Shown: positions 55,851 to 64,000 of the stretch, piece after piece
How positions within the stretch are numbered: position 1 is the first letter of the stretch
How the letters are laid out: the number at the start of each line of letters is the position of its first letter
Source of the DNA: an uncultured delta proteobacterium
GTDB taxonomy: Bacteria; Desulfobacterota; Binatia; UBA9968
NCBI GenBank assembly: GCA_963727625.1
Contig: CAVSHR010000002.1
Location: 512,001 to 576,000, forward strand
Length of the DNA: 64,000 nucleotides
Reading direction: 5' to 3'
Notes under the pieces: generated by a model
What the model saw: the letters and a program-made list of their open reading frames with translations, nothing else
What the model was told of the DNA's origin: nothing
Databases searched by the model: none
Translations under genes and position numbers: made by a program

Positions 55851-57278
55851 ATGCCGGATAAATTTCACGAAGAGTGTGCGGTGATGGGCATCTTCGGCCA
55901 CCCCGAGGCGGCCAACATGGTTTACCTCGGGCTCTATGCGCTGCAGCACCGCGGCCAAGAATCCTGCGGCATTGTCTCTTCCGACGGCAAAGGTCTCATA
56001 TCCCATCGCCAGATGGGGTTGGTCGCCGACGCGTTCAAGGAAGACGTCATCAAGCGGCTCGAGGGCGCCAGCGCCATCGGCCACAACCGATATTCCACTC
56101 AGGGACAAAGTCACCTCAAAAATGCTCAGCCCTTCGTGGTCGAATATTCCCAAGGACCGATCGCGATTTCGCACAATGGCAACCTGGTCAACGGCACGTT
56201 GCTGCGCGAAGAGCTGGAACGCTCCGGTTCGATCTTTCAATCGACCACCGATACCGAAGTGATCATTCACCTGATTGCGACGTCGAAAGAATCGACGCTC
56301 ATGGGTCGGATCGTCGAGGCCTTGAGCCGGGCACGCGGCGCCTACTCGCTGTTGTTTCTCACTCTGGACAAGCTGATCGCGGCGCGCGATCCCTACGGTT
56401 TTCGTCCCCTGGTGCTGGGCAAGTTCGCCGCAGGAAAAAATCGCGGCGCCTACGTTTTCGCTTCCGAGACCTGCGCCTTGGACTTGATCGAGGCGGAATA
56501 CATTCGCGACGTCGAGCCCGGCGAAATCATTACCATCGGCCCAGACCAACAGCTGGAATCGCTCAAACCGTTTCCGCCGGCGCCGCACGCCAAGTGCATT
56601 TTTGAATACATTTATTTCGCCCGTCCCGACAGCAAGCTATTCGGCCATAACGTTTATCAAGTGCGCAAGGAACTTGGCCGCCAGCTGGCGCGGGAAAATG
56701 GGGTGCCCGCGGATCTGGTGACGCCGGTGCCGGACTCGGGTGTGCCGGCGGCGATCGGTTACGCCGAGGAGTCGAAGCTTCCGCTCGAGTTCGGTCTGAT
56801 TCGCAATCACTACGTTGGGCGCACCTTTATCGAGCCGCAGCAGACCATTCGTAACTTCGGCGTAAAAATCAAGCTCAATGCCCAGCGCGATGTGCTGGAC
56901 GGTAAGCGCGTGGTGGTGGTCGATGACTCCATTGTGCGCGGTACCACCAGCCGCAAGATCATCCGCATGCTGCGCGATGCCGGCGCCAAGGAAGTGCACA
57001 TGCGGATCAGCTCGCCGGCGACCATCAGCCCCTGCTACTACGGCATCGATACGCCGACCCGCACCGAGCTGATCGCATCGTCGAATTCGGTCGAAGAAAT
57101 CCGCCGCTACATCGAGGCCGACACGCTAGCCTATTTGAGCAACGACGGCATGTATGCCTACTTTCACGGGAAGAAGGAGGGCTTCTGCGACGCCTGCTTC
57201 ACCGCCAAATACCCGGTGCATTTTGACGACGAAGGGCACACTAAACAACTGCACCTGTTCGATGCGGTGAACCGGTAA
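55851..57278 (+). CDS. purF: Amidophosphoribosyltransferase
   Basis: EECAVMG, LQHRGQE, VDDSIVRGTTS. Confidence 0.97.
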   Translation: MPDKFHEECAVMGIFGHPEAANMVYLGLYALQHRGQESCGIVSSDGKGLISHRQMGLVADAFKEDVIKRLEGASAIGHNRYSTQGQSHLKNAQPFVVEYSQGPIAISHNGNLVNGTLLREELERSGSIFQSTTDTEVIIHLIATSKESTLMGRIVEALSRARGAYSLLFLTLDKLIAARDPYGFRPLVLGKFAAGKNRGAYVFASETCALDLIEAEYIRDVEPGEIITIGPDQQLESLKPFPPAPHAKCIFEYIYFARPDSKLFGHNVYQVRKELGRQLARENGVPADLVTPVPDSGVPAAIGYAEESKLPLEFGLIRNHYVGRTFIEPQQTIRNFGVKIKLNAQRDVLDGKRVVVVDDSIVRGTTSRKIIRMLRDAGAKEVHMRISSPATISPCYYGIDTPTRTELIASSNSVEEIRRYIEADTLAYLSNDGMYAYFHGKKEGFCDACFTAKYPVHFDDEGHTKQLHLFDAVNR

Positions 57279-57494
57279 CGCGCGGCTGTCCAGAAACACT
57301 CTCCAGACAATACGTAGCTCCATTACGCTTGTCACAAACCTCCCGAATCCAGTAGACTGCAAACAATTTCCAATGGCAGTGTTTGCGATAGTCGGATCCT
57401 GCTCCTTACATCGGTAAAATTCTTTGACCCTTGCGTGCTAAAAGCATGGGTGAATTGCGCGTTCAATTTTGGAAAGAGGAATTAGTTTTCAACG

Positions 57495-59144
57495 ATGCTC
57501 GCCAGTGAAATTCGCAGCCAAATCGATCAAATCTGGAACGCCTTCTGGTCCGGCGGGATTTCCAACCCGCTGGAAGTCATCGAGCAGATCACTTATCTGC
57601 TTTTCATCAAGCGGCTCGACGAGCTGCAGACGCTCGAAGAGTTGAAAGCCACGCGTCTAAAAGCGCCCATCGAGCGGCGGTTATTTCCCGAAGGCGATGA
57701 TAACCATCCTCTTTCGCCGCGTCCCTATGCCGACTATCGCTGGTCGCGCTTCAAGCACTTCGCGCCTGCCGATATGTACGAAGTGATTGGCGAGCATGTG
57801 TTTCCGTTCCTTCGAACATTGGGCGGCGACGAGTCTACTTACGCGCATCACATGAAAGACGCGCGTTTCACGATCCCTACGGCCGGCCTGCTCGCAAAGG
57901 TTGTCGATATGATCGACCAGGTGCCGATGGAGGAGCGCGACACCAAGGGCGACCTTTACGAATACATGCTCGCCAAGATCGCGACTGCTGGCCAGAACGG
58001 CCAGTTCCGCACGCCGCGTCACATCATCCGGTTGATGGTAGAAATGGTCGCGCCGAAACCGGGCGACGTGCTGTGCGATCCGGCCTGCGGCACGGCCGGG
58101 TTTCTCGTCGCCGCGGGCGAGTATCTGCGCGAGCAACATCCGGAGATTTTTCGCGACGCCAAGCTCTCGCGTCACTTCCATCAGGAGTTTTTCCACGGCT
58201 TCGACTTCGACAATACGATGCTGCGCATCGGCAGCATGAACATGCTGCTGCACGGCGTGGAAAATCCCGATATCCACTACCGCGATTCGCTCGCGCAGGA
58301 TCACGCGGGCGAGGAAGAGAAATACACGCTGGTCCTCGCCAATCCGCCGTTTGCGGGATCGCTCGATTACGAGAACACCGCCAAGGATCTCCAGCAAATC
58401 GTCAAGACGAAGAAGACCGAGTTGCTTTTCCTCGCGCTCTTCCTGCGCCTCCTCAAGCCCGGCGGACGCGCCGCCGTCATCTCGCTGCCCGGCGGCGTGT
58501 TCAAACCCTACGCCGGCGTTTCCACGGCGATTCTTCTTTTCACCAAGACCAACTCCGGCGGCACGGACAACGTGTGGTTCTACGACGTGGACGCCGACGG
58601 CCTCTCGCTCGACGACAAACGAACGCCGTTATTGCCCGAAGAAAAGCTCGGCCCCACGCCTCGCGCGAGCCTGGACCCCGGCGTTCGCCGGGGTGACGAA
58701 GATGGTCAGAGCGAGCTCCGTCATGCCGGTGAAAACCGGCATCCAGTTCTCACGTCCGAAGAACACGCAAAAAATAATCTCCCCGACATCCTCGCGCGCT
58801 GGCGCACGTTGCATCCTCTCACCAACTCCAACGGAAGAAGACCGTCTTCAGACTCCCTCGCTCCGTCAAACAGGGAGAGGGCAGGGGTGAGGGGCGAATC
58901 TGTCGCCGCCGAAGACGCCGCCAACTACGGCGGAGAATACGCCCGCAAACGCACCGAGCAATCCTTCCTCGTCCCCAAAGCCGACATCGCCGCGCAGGGC
59001 TACGATTTCTCGATTAACCGCTACAAGGAAGTCATCCACGAAGAAGTTGCGCATCGCCCACCGGGCGAGATTCTTGCGAGTCTCGACAAGCTGGAAGCGG
59101 AGATTCAGCAAGGAATGAAGGACCTGGAGGGGATGCTGCGGTGA
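57495..59144 (+). CDS. hsdM: Type I R-M methyltransferase subunit (internal deletion; in-frame REP insertions)
   Basis: GQFRTPRHII, DPACGTAGFL, ANPPF; segment missing after GGRAAVI. Confidence 0.9.
   Translation: MLASEIRSQIDQIWNAFWSGGISNPLEVIEQITYLLFIKRLDELQTLEELKATRLKAPIERRLFPEGDDNHPLSPRPYADYRWSRFKHFAPADMYEVIGEHVFPFLRTLGGDESTYAHHMKDARFTIPTAGLLAKVVDMIDQVPMEERDTKGDLYEYMLAKIATAGQNGQFRTPRHIIRLMVEMVAPKPGDVLCDPACGTAGFLVAAGEYLREQHPEIFRDAKLSRHFHQEFFHGFDFDNTMLRIGSMNMLLHGVENPDIHYRDSLAQDHAGEEEKYTLVLANPPFAGSLDYENTAKDLQQIVKTKKTELLFLALFLRLLKPGGRAAVISLPGGVFKPYAGVSTAILLFTKTNSGGTDNVWFYDVDADGLSLDDKRTPLLPEEKLGPTPRASLDPGVRRGDEDGQSELRHAGENRHPVLTSEEHAKNNLPDILARWRTLHPLTNSNGRRPSSDSLAPSNRERAGVRGESVAAEDAANYGGEYARKRTEQSFLVPKADIAAQGYDFSINRYKEVIHEEVAHRPPGEILASLDKLEAEIQQGMKDLEGMLR
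58671..58746. repeat. REP doublet within hsdM
   Basis: CTGGACCCCGGCGTTCGCCGGGGTGACG (58671-58698) and CGTCATGCCGGTGAAAACCGGCATCCAG (58719-58746). Confidence 0.8.
58815..58894. repeat. Second REP-type element within hsdM
   Basis: cctctcacc ... ctccctcgctcc-gtcaaaca-gggagagggcaggggtgagggg. Confidence 0.65.
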
Positions 59145-60325
59145 AGGCCGAACGTCGTATGACGAATAGAGAGTGGGCGAAGGTTCGGTTGGATGAGTGC
59201 GCCGAAATTGTTGCTGGTGCGACGCCGAGTACATCAGTTGCAGCGTATTGGGATGGCGACGTTTGTTGGGCAACACCGAAAGATTTGAGCGAACTTGATG
59301 GCGCTCACATCTCGGATACGCCGCGCAAGCTAACACGCGCGGGATTGGACAGTTGTGCTGCCACGATTCTTCCCGCGGGCTCTGTTCTATTCAGTTCACG
59401 TGCGCCCATCGGACACGTCGCAGTGAACACTGTACCGATGGCGACAAACCAAGGCTTCAAGAGTTTCGTTCCAAAGCCAGAGCGATTAAGCGCGAAATTT
59501 CTTTATTGGTGGCTTCGGACCAATCGCAGTTATCTCGAAAGCCTTGGCAATGGTGCGACATTTAAAGAAGTTTCCAAGGCGGTTGTATCGCGTATCCAAA
59601 TCCCCCTTCCGTCTCTCTCCGACCAGCGGCGGATTGCGGAGGTGCTGGACCGGGCGGAGGCGTTGCGGGCTAAGCGCCGCGCCGCGCTCGCCCAACTCGA
59701 CTCCCTCACCCAATCCATCTTCCTCGATCTCTTTGGTAATCCTGCAATGAAACGGACGAAGTGGAAAGAAAGTGCTGTAGGCGACGTTACAGATTGTATC
59801 GTTCCGGGACGCGACAAGCCCAAATCTTTCTCGGGAAAAATCCCTTGGATAACAACAGATGATCTCCGTCACCTCGAACTCACACACGACTCGCCTAAAG
59901 GCTTAGGTCTTAATTCTGCGGAGATAGGCAAAGTCAGAGCCAGGATTATTCCAAAGGGGAGCGTAATTATTAGTTGTGTTGGTGATCTCGGAATAATTTC
60001 TATTGCAGGCAAGGATATAGTCATTAACCAACAGCTTCACTCCTTTCAATGCCACGAGAACTTAAACAATGTTTTCTTGATGCACTGCTTGGCCTTCCAG
60101 AGAGCCTTTATGTATGCAAAAGCGTCATCAACGACTCTTCCATATATGAATAAGTCAGTTTGCAATAGTATCCCTATCTTTGTTCCCCCCATCGGCTTGC
60201 AGCGCGAATTCGCCCGTCGAGTTCAGGCGGTGGAGAAGCTGAAGGCGGCGCAGCGCGCGTCGCTGGCGGAGTTGAACGCGCTCTTCGCCTCGCTCCAGCA
60301 CCGCGCGTTTCGCGGGGAATTATGA
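59141..60325 (+). CDS. hsdS: Type I R-M specificity subunit
   Basis: Two TRDs, IPLPSLSDQRRIA and VPPIGLQREFA conserved helices, ends AFRGEL. Confidence 0.93.
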   Translation: MKAERRMTNREWAKVRLDECAEIVAGATPSTSVAAYWDGDVCWATPKDLSELDGAHISDTPRKLTRAGLDSCAATILPAGSVLFSSRAPIGHVAVNTVPMATNQGFKSFVPKPERLSAKFLYWWLRTNRSYLESLGNGATFKEVSKAVVSRIQIPLPSLSDQRRIAEVLDRAEALRAKRRAALAQLDSLTQSIFLDLFGNPAMKRTKWKESAVGDVTDCIVPGRDKPKSFSGKIPWITTDDLRHLELTHDSPKGLGLNSAEIGKVRARIIPKGSVIISCVGDLGIISIAGKDIVINQQLHSFQCHENLNNVFLMHCLAFQRAFMYAKASSTTLPYMNKSVCNSIPIFVPPIGLQREFARRVQAVEKLKAAQRASLAELNALFASLQHRAFRGEL

Positions 60326-60795
60326 AACTATCTCTCCATCAACTTGCGTTCGACGGCGCGCTGCTGGCGCGTGGATTCTGGCTCTACGTCTGGGAGATCA
60401 CCACGAAGGACGGCGGCAAGGTTCATTACGTGGGCCGCACGGGCGACAGTTCATCGCTCAACGCGCAGTCTCCCTTTGCCCGGCTAAGCCAGCACCTTGG
60501 CAGGAACGAGAAATCTAATGCGCTTCGGCGGAATCTGGAAAATTACAAGTTGGTTGCCGAGGAATGTCAGGCGTTCCAGCTCTTCGCCTGTGGCCCGATT
60601 CTTCCGGAGAGTCAGAGCACGTTGGAGCACAGGCGCTCGCGTGACATTGTCGCGGCGCTGGAGAAAGCGCTGGCCGATGCGATGCACGCGGCAGAATATG
60701 TCATGCTGAATGAGGTGGCGTGCCGCAAGCCGGTTGACCCGGAACTATGGCGCGCAGTAGTAGCCGTCTTCAGGGAGCATTTTCCGCAGCTCTAG
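60322..60795 (+). CDS. GIY-YIG-like nuclease-fold hypothetical protein
   Basis: WLYVW...HYVGRT...RLSQHL...E...N pattern; ATGA-coupled to hsdS. Confidence 0.6.
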   Translation: MKLSLHQLAFDGALLARGFWLYVWEITTKDGGKVHYVGRTGDSSSLNAQSPFARLSQHLGRNEKSNALRRNLENYKLVAEECQAFQLFACGPILPESQSTLEHRRSRDIVAALEKALADAMHAAEYVMLNEVACRKPVDPELWRAVVAVFREHFPQL

Positions 60796-60822
60796 CACCG
60801 CGCCTTCAGCGGATAATTATGA
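60790..60822 (+). repeat. Relic of an hsdS 3' end (27/33 match to 60293-60325)
   Basis: ctctagcaccgcgccttcagcggataattatga vs ctccagcaccgcgcgtttcgcggggaattatga. Confidence 0.75.
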
Positions 60823-61793
60823 GAAAAGTCTTCTTCGACGAATCTGGTAACACGGGCCAGAATCTGATCGACGAGGCTGATCCAATCTTCGTTCTCGCGT
60901 CCTGCTCATTCCAGGTAGAAGAGGAAGTTCTTTCACACTTTCAACAATTCAAAGGACCGGAGCTTAAATTCTCCCGCTTGAGGAAGACAGCCGTAGGACA
61001 AAAGGCGGTGCTTGCTTTCCTCTCTTCGGAGCAGGTTACCTCGAAAACCGCCGCCGCATTCGTAACCCATAAACCATTCATGGTGGTGACCAAATATTGC
61101 GACTTGGTGCTGGAACCATCGTTTCGCAACGCCGGAGTGGATTTTTATAAACGCGGCGCGAACATCGCCACGGCGAACCTGCTTACCACGACCATGCCGG
61201 TGTTCTTGAATCCGACGACATGGTCGAACTTTCTTTCCTTGTTTGTCCGCGTAGTGCGCGAGCGCACGCCGAGTTTATTCGATGACTGGCGCAGATCGGC
61301 AGAGTTGATTTTTTCACATCTGGAGCACACGCACAGAAAAGCGGCCGATTTCTTTGCTCCTGTATTCCTTATGCGCGATTGCAGCGAGTTATTTAAAACG
61401 CTCGGTGACGACGAGCTTGATCCTCTCGTTCCTGCGTATTATGTCGTAGTGGACCACTGGGGAACGTCCGTTGGCGACATTTACGAGGTAATTGCGGACG
61501 AATCGAAAGCATTGGCAAAGGCGCGTGGTCTTTTGCTTGCCCTGTCCGATCCAAAATTGAATCCGGTCACTGTCGGATACGACCGTCGCAAGACGGAGTT
61601 TCCGCTGAAGGTTTCAGATATCGTTCCGGTTGACTCAACCCTCCACCGTCAGGTTCAGTTTGCGGACATACTCTGTGGCGCAATCGCGAGCGCAGCAAAA
61701 GCCAAAATAAAGGGCGCGTTGCGCTCCGGCACGTTTGCCCACGATGTCTTGGAGTTGTGCATCTCTAAAGAACTCATTATCGGTGGGCTCTGA
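60819..61793 (+). CDS. DUF3800 family protein (possibly truncated by premature TGA)
   Basis: VFFDESGNTG N-terminus, VDS....VQFADI C-terminal motif; frame stays open to 61922. Confidence 0.8.
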   Translation: MRKVFFDESGNTGQNLIDEADPIFVLASCSFQVEEEVLSHFQQFKGPELKFSRLRKTAVGQKAVLAFLSSEQVTSKTAAAFVTHKPFMVVTKYCDLVLEPSFRNAGVDFYKRGANIATANLLTTTMPVFLNPTTWSNFLSLFVRVVRERTPSLFDDWRRSAELIFSHLEHTHRKAADFFAPVFLMRDCSELFKTLGDDELDPLVPAYYVVVDHWGTSVGDIYEVIADESKALAKARGLLLALSDPKLNPVTVGYDRRKTEFPLKVSDIVPVDSTLHRQVQFADILCGAIASAAKAKIKGALRSGTFAHDVLELCISKELIIGGL

Positions 61794-62168
61794 CCGAGTC
61801 ACGACGTAGATCCGAAGGATCTAGAAACCGATATCGTTCCCGGTCCAGACGAAGTCAACTTGGCAGAATACACCGCGACGATTTTGAAAAGCGACCGTTC
61901 AACAAAGAATAACTCCCAATGAGAAGTTTCCTTTCCCAGAAATTGAACAGTAAACCTTAGAACCGGGACAACTTTTGTAAGAAAAAGCGGGTAGTTTTTC
62001 TTACAAACCACGGAGCCATAAGATTGTGCAAACCATTGATAGTAAATCGAAAGGCTCGCTTCTGGCCGCCGGAGGGGTTAGGTCTTTAATTTTGTGATCT
62101 TGCTTAGGGGTAACGCTGAAGGCGACGCGACTGGTTCGCTGTAAAACTCATAGCGGCACTGGAAACCT

Positions 62169-62255
62169 TAATATGGAAGAAGGTGGCTTCCATATGTCAC
62201 GCTGCCTATAATATGGAGTTGATTCCGATCCATATTGCACGCAAACTATAATATG
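62169..62255 (+). promoter_or_regulatory. 40-bp tandem palindromic operator array upstream of fic
   Basis: Two ATATGGA-N11-TCCATAT palindromes at exactly 40-bp period; third TAATATG contains the ATG. Confidence 0.6.
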
Positions 62256-63437
62256 ACCGAACCTGCTGTTGAATCATCTGCTCGTGCCGGTCGTTACCAA
62301 GCGCAACCCTCGGGTTATCGGGCGTTTGTCCCGGCACCATTGCCGCCGGACCCGGCAGTGGAACTGTCCGGGGACCTGCAAGCCCTTCTATCCGAGGCTG
62401 ACCGTGCCCTGGGTCGTCTTGACGGATCGGTATTGACGCTGCCCAACCCGGATCTATTCGTGTTCATGTATGTGCGCAAGGAAGCCGTGCTCTCCAGCCA
62501 GATCGAGGGGACACAGAGTTCCTTGCAAGATCTTCTGGCGGCAGAGGCCAATTTATTCGAAGCCGATTCCCGACCCCGCGATGTCGACGAAGTGATCAAC
62601 TATGTGAGCGCGATGAATCACGGCTTGGCGCGACTGTCAGAGCTGCCTGTTTCGGTACGATTGATTCGAGAGATTCACGAAAAGCTCATGCAGGGAGTGC
62701 GTGGCAGCCGGTTGACCCCGGGAGAACTACGCCGAAGCCAGAACTGGATCGGTCCGGGTGGGTGCACGTTGAATGAGGCTTCATTCGTGCCGCCGCCCCA
62801 TGATAAAGTTCCCGAGATACTTGGCGACCTCGAACATTTTCTGCATCGCAAAGACGATCTTCCTTTGCTCATCAAAATCGGATTGGCTCACGCACAGTTC
62901 GAGACGATCCACCCCTTTCTCGACGGCAACGGCCGGATCGGCCGGTTGTTGATCACGTTCTTGCTAACCGAACGCGGCGCGTTGCACAAACCGGTGCTTT
63001 ATCTTTCGCACTATCTTAAACGCCATCGACAGGCCTACTACGACCACCTGCAGGCGATTCGCGACAAGGGTGATTGGGAAGCATGGCTCGCATTTTTCCT
63101 TCGCGGAGTTATTGAAGTCAGCGGCGAAGCCGCTGAAACTGCGCACCGTATCTTACTGATGCGTGAAGGCCACCGTGCGGCTATCACCGAGAAATTGGGG
63201 CGGGCCGCCGGAAACGGCCATAAAGTTCTCGAATCGCTGTTTGATCGGCCGATCGTATCGGTAGGCGAAGTCCAGCAGAAAATCGGCGCAGGCTATGCCA
63301 CAGCGAATAGCCTGGTTGGGCGTCTAGTCGAGTTACGCATCCTCGCCGAGATGACTGGCTATGTCCGCAATCGCCGCTTTCGCTACGAGCCCTACGTGAA
63401 ACTTTTTACGGACGACCCGCCGAGTGACTCTCCGTGA
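62253..63437 (+). CDS. Fic family protein with N-terminal inhibitory helix and C-terminal HTH-like region
   Basis: HPFLDGNGRIGR; SSQIEGT. Confidence 0.93.
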   Translation: MTEPAVESSARAGRYQAQPSGYRAFVPAPLPPDPAVELSGDLQALLSEADRALGRLDGSVLTLPNPDLFVFMYVRKEAVLSSQIEGTQSSLQDLLAAEANLFEADSRPRDVDEVINYVSAMNHGLARLSELPVSVRLIREIHEKLMQGVRGSRLTPGELRRSQNWIGPGGCTLNEASFVPPPHDKVPEILGDLEHFLHRKDDLPLLIKIGLAHAQFETIHPFLDGNGRIGRLLITFLLTERGALHKPVLYLSHYLKRHRQAYYDHLQAIRDKGDWEAWLAFFLRGVIEVSGEAAETAHRILLMREGHRAAITEKLGRAAGNGHKVLESLFDRPIVSVGEVQQKIGAGYATANSLVGRLVELRILAEMTGYVRNRRFRYEPYVKLFTDDPPSDSP

Positions 63438-64000
63438 GCTTGTTTGTCTTCCTTCAAAGTGAATGGCCCGAGTTGTTCGAGCCGGCGGCGAAGGCGGAGT
63501 CGCTCGTCTATCCCGACTCGCGGAGCTCGTGCTTTCATGCCCGTCGGGCGTTGGAACTGGCGGTTCATTGGCTCTATAAACACGACTCGACGCTAAAACT
63601 TCCCTATCAAGATCACCTGAGCGCGCTGGTTCACGAGCCGACTTTCCGACGCGCCGTCGGCCCGGCCATATTTGCCAAAATCAAAGTTGTTAAAGACCTC
63701 GGAAATCTTGCTGTTCATAGCCACAAGCCGGTGCGCCAGCTCGACGCGTTAACGGCGACGAAGGAGCTTTTCCATTTCATGTTCTGGCTGGCGCGCACCT
63801 ATGCGCGTGGAGCGAAGCCGGCGGACAATCTTTCATTCAATCCAGATTTGCTTCCGAAGAGCAGCGGTGTCTCGCCGCAGACCCTGGAACAACTGCAGAA
63901 GTTGGAGAGCCAGCTTCGCGAGCGCGATGAAAAACTCTCCGAATTGTTGTCGGGCAAGAAAGCGCTTGATGACGAATTGGAGCGGCTGCGCCTCGAAGTT
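63434..64000 (+). CDS. hsdR: Type I R-M restriction subunit, N-terminus (DUF4145-type), runs off window
   Basis: GTG overlapping the fic TGA; SLFVFLQSEWP...ARRALELAVHWLY...LPYQDHLSALVHEP...LGNLAVHS. Confidence 0.8.
   Translation, partial: MSLFVFLQSEWPELFEPAAKAESLVYPDSRSSCFHARRALELAVHWLYKHDSTLKLPYQDHLSALVHEPTFRRAVGPAIFAKIKVVKDLGNLAVHSHKPVRQLDALTATKELFHFMFWLARTYARGAKPADNLSFNPDLLPKSSGVSPQTLEQLQKLESQLRERDEKLSELLSGKKALDDELERLRLEV

Noticed and set aside
61791-61793. Selenocysteine recoding
   Set aside because: No evident SECIS hairpin and no Cys/redox context
62169-62255. Mini-CRISPR
   Set aside because: Only two full 40-bp units with an 11-nt variable core; better explained as an operator

Overview
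GC-rich bacterial chromosome segment. The gene families (many amidohydrolases, MetE-II paralogs, SsuA-type binding proteins, an atypical A-T NRPS) suggest a Deltaproteobacteria/Binatia-like host, but this is inference. Core blocks are tgt-fusion, mlaEFDC, dciA-like, nrdJ with NrdR boxes, and rpsO-pnp-M16-dut-purBSQLF. The main accessory feature is a compact ~5.5 kb integrative element (12234-17723). It encodes a tyrosine integrase, two small DNA-binding proteins, a rolling-circle HUH Rep and a single cargo gene (HD-domain + HSP90-like ATPase, a candidate defence protein). Its ends are marked by a CAAATC core. Joining them rebuilds a tRNA-fMet 3' end inside the integrase gene, so excision would swap the integrase C-terminus, and the element appears to sit at a secondary non-tRNA site. 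Other accessory features are a stand-alone A-T-A-T-C-A-T NRPS, a WD40 insertion, and a type I R-M island (hsdM-hsdS-GIY-YIG-DUF3800-Fic-hsdR) whose hsdM has an internal deletion and in-frame REP insertions. A recurring pattern is diverged relics of gene ends (Gfo, LLM, hsdS, SBP, tRNA-Ser-like) at the borders of inserted DNA. No CRISPR, rRNA or complete tRNA was seen.
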